From the IMG/VR virus record IMGVR_UViG_3300045988_064554: a stretch of 39,756 nt of DNA, one strand, 5' to 3'. The notes beneath the pieces were generated by a model that had not been told where the DNA came from, made no database searches, and saw nothing but the letters and a program-made list of their open reading frames with translations. Shown piece after piece: positions 8,576 through 15,972 of this stretch; the stretch's first letter is position 1; every line of letters begins with the position of its first letter. The translations under genes and the position numbers were made by a program. This stretch comes from a virus.

Positions 8576-10093
8576 TTATTTTAATTCTTCCCATATTATA
8601 CCATACTCCTTTGATATTTCATTTAATGCTCTTGTATGTGCCTCTTCTATACTCAAATTATAAGGTTCATTCTGGTATTTGTCAATTCGTCCATCCAACA
8701 TTCCAGGAAGAAACGGCTTACTTCCAGCTTTATACTTATATACCCTTCCGCTATGAGCCACTGCTATCCCGAAGTCATATTTTCTATATCCAGCAGCTAC
8801 AAAATCGCTACCTGTCGGCGGTATGTTCGTTGGATGATTATGTATTCCTATAGTTCCATTTTGTTTTCTTATCCTCTCCGAATCTTCTTTTGAAATTGTA
8901 ACTCCTAATTCATTCTTTCCTGATATTTCTCTAAGAATCAGTTTTCCATCTGTATCAATAATATATAAATCTTCTCCATCTGTTCCATTTCTATGAGTCA
9001 ACATTGCTGTTGCATAACTTCTAAGTGCATCATTGATAGCAGTATTTGTTGTAATTTTATTAAATTTCTTTCTAAATCCTTCTGATCTAATATAATCTAA
9101 ATCAACCTTATTCGTTCCGATCCTTTTAACAGATGTTAAATACGAACCTTTTTCTGTTTCTTTAGCAACGCTTAGGTACTTTTCCTTAAACTCACCAAAC
9201 TCTTTTGTCTTATCTAACCCAAAGAATTCTGCACGCTCTTTTAAAGTTTCAAGTTCCTTCTCGTCCAATGCCCATTTTGCACGTTGCAGCAGACAGCACC
9301 GACAGTTACAAACGTTCTTTGCAGAACCGCCAACACCCGGTGCTTGCATTTTCTCACCGCCAACATCGAACGGTTCATCAATTTCCCTGATTTGTCCGTC
9401 ACACTCCCGGTGTTCGTCCCTTGTCCGTCCGTCAAGTGTGGAATCCCACTGTTTGACTATATCAGCACCCTTTTTCTTTGCCCCATGCTGACCGTCAAGG
9501 GCTGCTTCATTCTGTATTCTATGCCCTTCTGTCCGGGCAATCCGTATCGCATTGTTATATGCTTTACGAAAAGGGCTGTTCATACCCTTGGCAATCCTTA
9601 ATGCCATTTCATTCCAAGTTGAACCGCTTGCAATTCCCCTTGAAAGTTCGGCACGAATTGACCGCTTCAGATAATCAACATCTTCACCTAAACGCTTATA
9701 CAGACTGCTTGACAGTTTACTGTTGGTTTTCAATGCTTTGACAACCTGATCTTGCTGAATTGGTATTACAAGCGGTATACCGCTAAGATGCAGGTCGTAA
9801 TACATCCCCACATAACCATTGATATATGACTGCTGTAGATAATCAGCTATTGTTGTAAACTGCCCTTCGTGCAAGTCATACAGGATTGATTCTATCTGAT
9901 CAACCATAATCTGCTGATATTCTTTTTGGTATATGATGCTTTGCAGATTTTCAAGGTCTGTCCTTGCAGACAGTTCCCTGATTTTCTGTTCACAATCCTT
10001 TTTCGCCTGTTCATATACTCTTTCTAACAGCTTGATTACTTTCTTTTCATCATTAAGCTGTGCCTGTTGTACTTCCTTCTGTGCCTTGTTCAC
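8576..10093 (-). CDS. Minor head protein (MuF / SPP1 gp7 family) fused to a C-terminal RadC/JAB-like domain.
   Basis: MuF core motifs are RIARTEGHRIQNEA and DSTLDGRTRDEHRECDGQ...NCRCCLL. The C-terminal 180 aa carry EDLYIIDTDGKLI...TIGIHNHPTNIPPTGSDF. Confidence 0.85.
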   Translation of the reverse strand: MNKAQKEVQQAQLNDEKKVIKLLERVYEQAKKDCEQKIRELSARTDLENLQSIIYQKEYQQIMVDQIESILYDLHEGQFTTIADYLQQSYINGYVGMYYDLHLSGIPLVIPIQQDQVVKALKTNSKLSSSLYKRLGEDVDYLKRSIRAELSRGIASGSTWNEMALRIAKGMNSPFRKAYNNAIRIARTEGHRIQNEAALDGQHGAKKKGADIVKQWDSTLDGRTRDEHRECDGQIREIDEPFDVGGEKMQAPGVGGSAKNVCNCRCCLLQRAKWALDEKELETLKERAEFFGLDKTKEFGEFKEKYLSVAKETEKGSYLTSVKRIGTNKVDLDYIRSEGFRKKFNKITTNTAINDALRSYATAMLTHRNGTDGEDLYIIDTDGKLILREISGKNELGVTISKEDSERIRKQNGTIGIHNHPTNIPPTGSDFVAAGYRKYDFGIAVAHSGRVYKYKAGSKPFLPGMLDGRIDKYQNEPYNLSIEEAHTRALNEISKEYGIIWEELK

Positions 10094-11555
10094 CTATTCC
10101 ACCACCTTCATCATCCGGTATAATAGAATCAAGATCATCTTGCACCTGCTGCACCTTATTAGCTTCATTATCCGGCAACTTGTCCTTCACATCTTCATAA
10201 TCAATATCAAGAACATCACAAATATACTGAATAATCAGATCATCACCAAAAACGTTTGCAAGTGACATCAGTGTGTTGATTTGTACCTGTTGTTTCTGTG
10301 CTTCTGTAAGTTCATTCTGTTCATTTTCCTGTTCATTACTCATTACTTCATGGGTGAACTCAAAATAAACATCTGTGATCTGATAATCTGTACCATTCTG
10401 TTGATTGATTTCATCAATGCATACTGCTACGATCTTACGCAAGAACCGCTTGATGTTCCTTTCAAGGTGTTTACATCTAAGATCAAGCAGTGAATAGGCT
10501 GCCTTGATTGCAATATTGGTTGTTGCTGATGTATCTTTCAGACCTGACAAGTTCAGACCCATACCAAAACGGTATATGTTCTTTTCATCCAGTTCCAACT
10601 TAACCTTTCGTGCTTCATACGGTACATCTACTGTATGTACTTCAATACCACCATCTGAACCGACACCAACAATCTTTTTTGTCTTAAGATTCTGCTGCAA
10701 TTCATCAAGGTTATCACCTTCAAACCCTTTAACTGCATATAATGGATGGTCAAAGTCAATCAGGTTATTGGAAAGACTGGATGCCATAAGGTCATAATCG
10801 TCAATCAGATCTTTTACTGCTTTCAGGTTACTGAACTGTTTCTTGTTATTATCCAACCGGAAGAATGGCAAGAATCCAAGTGAATCAATATAGGTATTAT
10901 CATCACCATCAACCTGATACAGTATATGAGGTCTTGGGTTCACCTTGGCTTTATCATCAAGCTGTATTTCCCATTCATCTGTCTGAACATAATAAACAAC
11001 CTGTTCATCGTCCCAATCCATGATTTTCTTTATTCTGTGACCTTCCTTGTCAACCCGGTCAACGTACCAGTAAATTACATGGTCTTTCTTATCTTCTGCA
11101 AATCGTGCTTCTACTTCCACAACACCGATACTGTCAGCACACGTAAATTTCAACTTGTCAGTGCTGTCTTTCATAGCATACATATAAGCAAAACCCTTTG
11201 TCTGACAGTCCGTAAGTGTTTCTGACAGTTCATCAATAAAATCATCATTGTTATTGAATCTTGCATCAAGTTCACTCTGTAATTCAGGCACATCACTGAA
11301 TACAAAACCATCTGAACCTGAAAGGGTGTATTGTGTACCCTGTTCTGTCAGTTCCTTAAAGAATGGGTGTGGTATTCTTACATTTGCCCGGCTTGTATCT
11401 TCCACAAGCTGACCATCAGAATTGAAGTAAAACATTCTGTAATTTTTTATATCGTGATCACCGTCAAAATAGCGTTCACCTATTCTTGCAAAATGCTTTT
11501 TCACTGATGCAGCATCTTCATCAATGAACATCTTTATTTCTTCGATCGTAAGCAA
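10053..11555 (-). CDS. Portal protein (SPP1 Gp6-like).
   Basis: 500 aa, located between terL and the MuF gene. The N-terminal pattern is typical of SPP1-type portals. Confidence 0.85.
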   Translation of the reverse strand: MLTIEEIKMFIDEDAASVKKHFARIGERYFDGDHDIKNYRMFYFNSDGQLVEDTSRANVRIPHPFFKELTEQGTQYTLSGSDGFVFSDVPELQSELDARFNNNDDFIDELSETLTDCQTKGFAYMYAMKDSTDKLKFTCADSIGVVEVEARFAEDKKDHVIYWYVDRVDKEGHRIKKIMDWDDEQVVYYVQTDEWEIQLDDKAKVNPRPHILYQVDGDDNTYIDSLGFLPFFRLDNNKKQFSNLKAVKDLIDDYDLMASSLSNNLIDFDHPLYAVKGFEGDNLDELQQNLKTKKIVGVGSDGGIEVHTVDVPYEARKVKLELDEKNIYRFGMGLNLSGLKDTSATTNIAIKAAYSLLDLRCKHLERNIKRFLRKIVAVCIDEINQQNGTDYQITDVYFEFTHEVMSNEQENEQNELTEAQKQQVQINTLMSLANVFGDDLIIQYICDVLDIDYEDVKDKLPDNEANKVQQVQDDLDSIIPDDEGGGIGEQGTEGSTTGTA

Positions 11556-11576
11556 TTTATCACCCCTTTCTTCTAC

Positions 11577-11903
11577 TTACTCTGTACAACCAAGCTCCTG
11601 AAATACCTTGAGCATTTTCGGAAACTGCATTGCAAGCCAATCAACCAGTTCCTCATTGTTCGAATAGTCACTAAGACCACTCTCATTAAAAAAAGCATGA
11701 ATTACTTCATGCCGCATTACTTCGCTGTGTCTTTTCTTTCTCTCATCTTCTGTTGCTTCACCGTAAAGCATATTCTGTAGTGGTCTGATTCTGATAACCT
11801 TCGCATAAGTCTGACACTTTCCGTCAACATTTACTTCTATCAGACCATGATCATTTTTAATCAACTCATACTTTGTACCTAAGATTTCCATTTTGCACAC
11901 CAA
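11577..11903 (-). CDS. Small HExxH protein (putative minimal zinc metallopeptidase).
   Basis: Carries the motif RHEVIHAFF. The start is probably the ATG at 11891 (MEILGTKYEL). Confidence 0.55.
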   Translation of the reverse strand: MVCKMEILGTKYELIKNDHGLIEVNVDGKCQTYAKVIRIRPLQNMLYGEATEDERKKRHSEVMRHEVIHAFFNESGLSDYSNNEELVDWLAMQFPKMLKVFQELGCTE

Positions 11904-11908
11904 ATTGG

Positions 11909-13012
11909 CTAGAATATCCAGCCGTTACCTTTCTTGATATATTTTTCTAATGCATATCGCATCGCATCCATCAAATGATTGAAGTCATCAATAGGGCGGT
12001 TCAGTTTATTACCGAACTTGTCCTTATCCCAAGTATAGTTGCTGATCTCCGTCAAGAAATTCACACATCTTGGGTGTATGATGATTTCAAAGTCCTGAAT
12101 AAACTGAATACCGCTGTTGATACTGTCCTTACCTTTTTCAGCACCTTTGACCCTAAGACCATAACCCTTTAACTGATCAATAGACTTTGGTTCTGCTGAA
12201 TCCGCTGTGATTCTTTCCTTTGCATAGCCCATATCAGTGATATTCTGATATATTCGCTCATTGGAAAGACCTGCACTATACATTTCATCCCACACGAATA
12301 TCTTTTTGTTCTTCGTGTCAATGAATCCACAAAACAATGCAGATGGGTCATTTGTATAACCAAAGTCCAAGCCAAAGGCTGAATCAATCTTGTATTGCTG
12401 TCTGATCTGTTCCAGTGTAAAGGCTTCTTCGTGCCAATTCTCATACACAAGACCATCAACAATACCCCAGTCCCCAAGACCTGCCACTGCGTAACGTCTT
12501 GGGTTCTGCTTTCGCATGGTTTCAAAAACCTTAAGATCGGCTTTATCTAACCATTCATTGCACTTGTAATTGGTTGTAAGTGCAAGGGTTTCATCATCAG
12601 GGTTATCAAAAAACCGTTTCTTCAACCAATGGTGTTCATTCCAAGGGTTGAATGTTACGGTGATCTGTTTGAACAGGTTTGAACCTTCCGGTATTGCTCC
12701 ACGGATAGATTCATCGAGCATATTGAAATCGTCCTCTGAACTGATCTCATATGCTTCTTCAATCCACATCCAGCACAATACACCCTGATCGACAGTAATG
12801 GATGTTACTTTCAGCGGATCGTCAAGACCTCTGAAATAGATCTTCTGACCTGTCGGTTTGTAGGTCATTTCAAGTGGTGACTCTTTAATATCCCAGAAGC
12901 TGTCAACACCAAGTCGGTGGATCGCCCATTTTAACTCTGTAAAACAGGAATCCTTTAATGTCCTGTATGTCTTCCTGACAACTAAGGTATTAGCATCAGG
13001 ATACTTCATCAT
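11909..13012 (-). CDS. terL: Terminase large subunit, C-terminal 367 codons (PBSX/TIGR01547-like), lacking its Walker A segment.
   Basis: The sequence MMKYPDANTLVVRKTYRTLKDS... is typical of the region just after Walker A. Upstream in the same frame the sequence reads KVEDTALWYITN, preceded by a TAA. Confidence 0.85.
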   Translation of the reverse strand: MMKYPDANTLVVRKTYRTLKDSCFTELKWAIHRLGVDSFWDIKESPLEMTYKPTGQKIYFRGLDDPLKVTSITVDQGVLCWMWIEEAYEISSEDDFNMLDESIRGAIPEGSNLFKQITVTFNPWNEHHWLKKRFFDNPDDETLALTTNYKCNEWLDKADLKVFETMRKQNPRRYAVAGLGDWGIVDGLVYENWHEEAFTLEQIRQQYKIDSAFGLDFGYTNDPSALFCGFIDTKNKKIFVWDEMYSAGLSNERIYQNITDMGYAKERITADSAEPKSIDQLKGYGLRVKGAEKGKDSINSGIQFIQDFEIIIHPRCVNFLTEISNYTWDKDKFGNKLNRPIDDFNHLMDAMRYALEKYIKKGNGWIF

Positions 13013-13269
13013 GTTGGTGATATACCATAATGCTGTGTCTTCGACTTTTTAGAAGCACGGGACCCTTTGACTGCTCTGTATCTACCTCTCCACCGCCAAA
13101 ATGTACCGTAACCCTTACCGACTACTTCCGGCAATTTGATATTTACTTTGCCGGACTTTGTAGTCTTGTAATAGTCCGGGTGCAGTATGTACTTCTGATA
13201 CCCAAATACATATTGACTTGATGGCTGTCTATATTTAGTCCTCAAGTGCATCTGCTCCTGAAATAACAA
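13009..13269 (-). CDS. terL: Terminase large subunit, N-terminal fragment carrying Walker A (KLPEVVGKGYGTFWRWRGRYRAVKGSRASKKSKT).
   Basis: It ends 8 codons after Walker A, and it is offset by -1 from the 11909..13012 frame. Confidence 0.8.
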   Translation of the reverse strand: MLFQEQMHLRTKYRQPSSQYVFGYQKYILHPDYYKTTKSGKVNIKLPEVVGKGYGTFWRWRGRYRAVKGSRASKKSKTQHYGISPT

Positions 13270-13735
13270 TAGGGGCTGTCACATTCACATCTAACTTATC
13301 GTTCCACATGCCTAAATGTTTACCAAGCAGTTCAAGGGCTTTTATCTTGGAAGCAATCTTGACTTCTCTTTCAACACTTCCTCCAAATTCATTATCAGAT
13401 TTCTTATATTTGATTGATTCAATACAAGACAGATCGTCAGCAGATGCATCCTGTTTGATTCTCCCGTTACTGTCAACAACGTCTGGCATTCGGACAAATG
13501 CGATTTTCGCAAGCTCTAATACAACCCTATCTTGATTCACTCCAGTTCTTCTCGACCTTGCTGCCATGCGTTCAGCAATAGCTTCTTGAACTGAAGTTTT
13601 CTGAAGTAATTGATAGCCTTGTTCCATTGCTGTTTTAGGTGAATAACCTGCCCTGATGCAAGCCTGTGTTGCATTCAGGTCAATCAGGTATTCTTCAACA
13701 AATTTCTTCTGTTTATCAGTCAGCTTTCTTGCCAT
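13235..13735 (-). CDS. terS: Terminase small subunit (Terminase_2-like).
   Basis: The N-terminus LTDKQKKFVEEYLIDLNATQACIRAGYS is a classic terS HTH. It lies directly upstream of terL. Confidence 0.85.
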   Translation of the reverse strand: MARKLTDKQKKFVEEYLIDLNATQACIRAGYSPKTAMEQGYQLLQKTSVQEAIAERMAARSRRTGVNQDRVVLELAKIAFVRMPDVVDSNGRIKQDASADDLSCIESIKYKKSDNEFGGSVEREVKIASKIKALELLGKHLGMWNDKLDVNVTAPIVISGADALED

Positions 13736-13797
13736 CCTGCAACACTCCTTCCTATCAACTTCTAACCTGCTGAACTAATAGTCCTAATTTTTGCATT

Positions 13798-13820
13798 AGA
13801 AAAGCACCCCGAAGGGTGCT
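13798..13820 (-). terminator. GC-rich stem with a UUCG tetraloop between the late activator gene and terS.
   Basis: Minus-strand RNA reads AGCACCC-UUCG-GGGUGCU followed by UUUCU. Confidence 0.6.
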
Positions 13821-13838
13821 TCTTGGGTTTTATACAAA

Positions 13839-13923
13839 GAGAGGACGAGCCATCAGCTTTCCGCCTCAGGCTCATTGTAATTCTCTCACACATCTATACT
13901 AAACTTCAATAAACTATAATAAA
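13839..13923 (-). promoter_or_regulatory. Leader of the late operon: three tandem 10-bp repeats followed by a nested hairpin.
   Basis: The repeats TTTATTATAG / TTTATTGAAG / TTTAGTATAG occupy 13894-13923. The nested hairpin GAGAG...GAGCC...GGCTC...CTCTC occupies 13839-13887. All were read directly. Confidence 0.4.
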
Positions 13924-14382
13924 TTATTTTGGTATTTTTAAACGTCCTAATGCTCTCCCATGCAACTTATGAACCCACTGTTCTGTACAATCCATCTTTT
14001 CAGCGATTTCCCAAAAACGCAATCCCTTAATGTATCGATAAAACAGTACGTCATTTTCATCTTCATTCTTCACTGTCTTAATCTGATTCTCAATGGATAT
14101 ATACGATTCGATACATTTGCTCTTTTCCATCTCAAGTTTTTTCTCCAGGGAATCTATTCTTGCCAGTTCATCTGACAAATCTTTCTGATTCCCACTTCCA
14201 TGAGGCATCCCCGAATAGTCTGTTGCTTTCGTAGATTCTGCAAGTTCCCTGAGTTCTCTTACCTCATCGTCAATTCTACTGATTCGTCTTCTGTTGGCTC
14301 TGTATCCTCTCAGATACTCTTTTTTCCGGTTGTTCTCGTTCTTCACATTGTTCTCTTCCAGTCTCTTCTCCATTGGCATCAT
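13924..14382 (-). CDS. Late-gene transcriptional activator with a sigma-70 region-4-like HTH (ArpU/RinA/DUF1492-type).
   Basis: The C-terminus reads LFYRYIKGLRFWEIAEKMDCTEQWVHKLHGRALGRL, and the gene sits immediately upstream of terS. The true start may be the ATG at 14373. Confidence 0.7.
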   Translation of the reverse strand: MMPMEKRLEENNVKNENNRKKEYLRGYRANRRRISRIDDEVRELRELAESTKATDYSGMPHGSGNQKDLSDELARIDSLEKKLEMEKSKCIESYISIENQIKTVKNEDENDVLFYRYIKGLRFWEIAEKMDCTEQWVHKLHGRALGRLKIPK

Positions 14383-14479
14383 CCCCTATCTTGTATTTTC
14401 TTGCCAAGTATTCTGCTACATCTCCATGCCACAACTGCTGCCCCTGCGCTTCGATCAGATTGCCTGCTTTGTATGCCGG

Positions 14480-14599
14480 TCAGTGAAACTTCTCGCTTGC
14501 CTTCCGATCAGGTGGATGTTCTGCCATAGCAGCATAATGTTCTTTTTGGTTCTGCTGGATCTCTGCAGGACTCCAGCGTGTGTCTGTACTCCGTTTCAC
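14480..14599 (-). CDS. Possible 39-aa micro-ORF, GTG start overlapping the upstream stop (CAGTGA).
   Basis: Hand translation gives VKRSTDTRWSPAEIQQNQKEHYAAMAEHPPDRKASEKFH. Its geometry suggests translational coupling. Confidence 0.3.
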   Translation of the reverse strand: MKRSTDTRWSPAEIQQNQKEHYAAMAEHPPDRKASEKFH

Positions 14600-14694
14600 T
14601 GTTTATCACTCCAATCCTTAGCGCACTCATCACAATCACCATTTGCAGCTCCGAAGCAACCGTAACAAGCATTTGTCTGCTCTTTATTTTTCAT
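14596..14694 (-). CDS. Possible 32-aa Cys-rich micro-ORF (MKNKEQTNACYGCFGAANGDCDECAKDWSDKQ).
   Basis: Hand translation. The ATG overlaps the end of the upstream gene (GATGAAAAATAA). It contains CxxC...CxxC. Confidence 0.35.
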   Translation of the reverse strand: MKNKEQTNACYGCFGAANGDCDECAKDWSDKQ

Positions 14695-14875
14695 CTCTTC
14701 CACCTTGCTTAACAATTTTAATGGCTTCATTCTCCTTTACATAATCCGGGCATTCTTCCATGTATTCATATTGGTCCAAATCATTACACAGAATATTGCA
14801 TTCTTCGTGCTTCTCGCATTCCATACAGCATTTCCGGTTGCCTATGTCTACGATACATAACCGTTTACATCCCAT
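14684..14875 (-). CDS. Hypothetical Cys-rich 63-aa protein.
   Basis: ORF track. It has 8 Cys, including CC-x-EC. Confidence 0.55.
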   Translation of the reverse strand: MGCKRLCIVDIGNRKCCMECEKHEECNILCNDLDQYEYMEECPDYVKENEAIKIVKQGGRDEK

Positions 14876-14892
14876 CTTCTTTCTCCATCCAT

Positions 14893-15513
14893 TTATTCAG
14901 CTTTATCTTCAAGTGCCATCTCACTGAACCTCTTCAAAACATCAGGGATATTCATTCTCTCGATCGTTTCTTTCGCAAGATTCTCTTTTAATTTCTGTTC
15001 CAGTGACTTCACAAGACTTTCTTCCACTTCTCTTTTTGCAGTAGCAATCATATTTTCTACTTTTGTACCAAGTTCTTTTTCCAAATATTGTCTCGTAATG
15101 AGATCGGCAGCAGATAGGTTTCTGTCACTGGAATAACTTGCAGTGCGTCCGTCTCTATCGTATCTCTTCTCTGTAAGAAACAATCCAAACCGCTTTCCTA
15201 CATATTCAGACAACGGTATATATGCTACTTTGCTACTCCAAGAATCTTCTTTTACAGGAATCGCAATCTCTGCAATCTTTTCTTCCGATACAGTCTTAAC
15301 AAATTTGTCTACAGTGTCTTGAATTGTTTCTTCTGCTTTAAGAATCTTATCTGCAATAGCCTTATCCACTCTCTGTACTGCTTCATCTGTTGCTTTTCTA
15401 AGAAGTGCATCCTTAACACCACTTACAACCTGTTCTTTAATTTCTTCATCAATTGTGTATCCGGTTTCCTCGTCTACCCAATCAAGTTCTACCTCAATAT
15501 TAAATTTTGCCAT
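14893..15513 (-). CDS. Hypothetical acidic coiled-coil protein.
   Basis: I place the start at ATG 15513, with AAGGAGAAAGGAAC upstream. The longer track ORF (to 15606) would run through a terminator hairpin. Confidence 0.65.
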   Translation of the reverse strand: MAKFNIEVELDWVDEETGYTIDEEIKEQVVSGVKDALLRKATDEAVQRVDKAIADKILKAEETIQDTVDKFVKTVSEEKIAEIAIPVKEDSWSSKVAYIPLSEYVGKRFGLFLTEKRYDRDGRTASYSSDRNLSAADLITRQYLEKELGTKVENMIATAKREVEESLVKSLEQKLKENLAKETIERMNIPDVLKRFSEMALEDKAE

Positions 15514-15545
15514 TATAATTCGTTCCTTTCTCCTTAAAAATGCGT

Positions 15546-15581
15546 AAAAAAATACCAACCACCGAATATTGATGGTTGGTA
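15546..15581 (-). terminator. Rho-independent terminator after the YjcQ-like gene.
   Basis: Minus-strand RNA reads UACCAACCAUC-AAUAUUC-GGUGGUUGGUA followed by UUUUUU. Confidence 0.7.
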
Positions 15582-15590
15582 GATGATTCA

Positions 15591-15890
15591 TTAAAATGGA
15601 AGCCATTCTCGTACTTCTTTTAGTCCTCTATACGTCTTCATTAAAGCAGAATTATTGTTTAAATATTCCATACCTTTTATTGTGATTCTAGCATGATCCG
15701 TAGTAACAATCGGCTGTTTATGTTTATCAAAATTCACTTTCAAATTGTCCACAAAATTCTCCTTCTGAATTTCATACAAAATATTGTTTAAATCCTGTTC
15801 TGTGATTCCATAATCTTCTGCCGTAGGAATATTTCCATCCGCAATTTCATGCAACAAACTTACTACAATTTTTAATCTGTTAATTGCCAT
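15591..15890 (-). CDS. YjcQ-like winged-helix protein.
   Basis: Pattern MEYLNNNSALMKTYRGLKEVREW and a size of 99 aa. Confidence 0.6.
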   Translation of the reverse strand: MAINRLKIVVSLLHEIADGNIPTAEDYGITEQDLNNILYEIQKENFVDNLKVNFDKHKQPIVTTDHARITIKGMEYLNNNSALMKTYRGLKEVREWLPF

Positions 15891-15924
15891 TTTCGGTACC
15901 TCCCGTACATTTAATTTATACGGA

Positions 15925-15953
15925 AATTATACCATTCCAACCATCAATATTCA
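15925..15953 (-). promoter_or_regulatory. Sigma-70-type promoter: -35 TTGAAT, 17-nt spacer, extended -10 TGGTATAAT.
   Basis: Read on the minus strand. The -10 is at 15925-15930 and the -35 at 15948-15953, upstream of the YjcQ-like gene. Confidence 0.65.
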
Positions 15954-15972
15954 ATTGTCAAGGTGCTGTTAT

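Noticed and set aside
13041-13051. The A AAA AAG-like run (TCTAAAAAGTCG) in terL, considered as a programmed -1 slip site.
   Set aside because: The run is not in X XXY YYZ phase. Shifting there would give ...SRASKKVEDTALW and delete the Ser/Thr that follows the Walker A lysine. A join after SKKSKT fits terminase homologs better.
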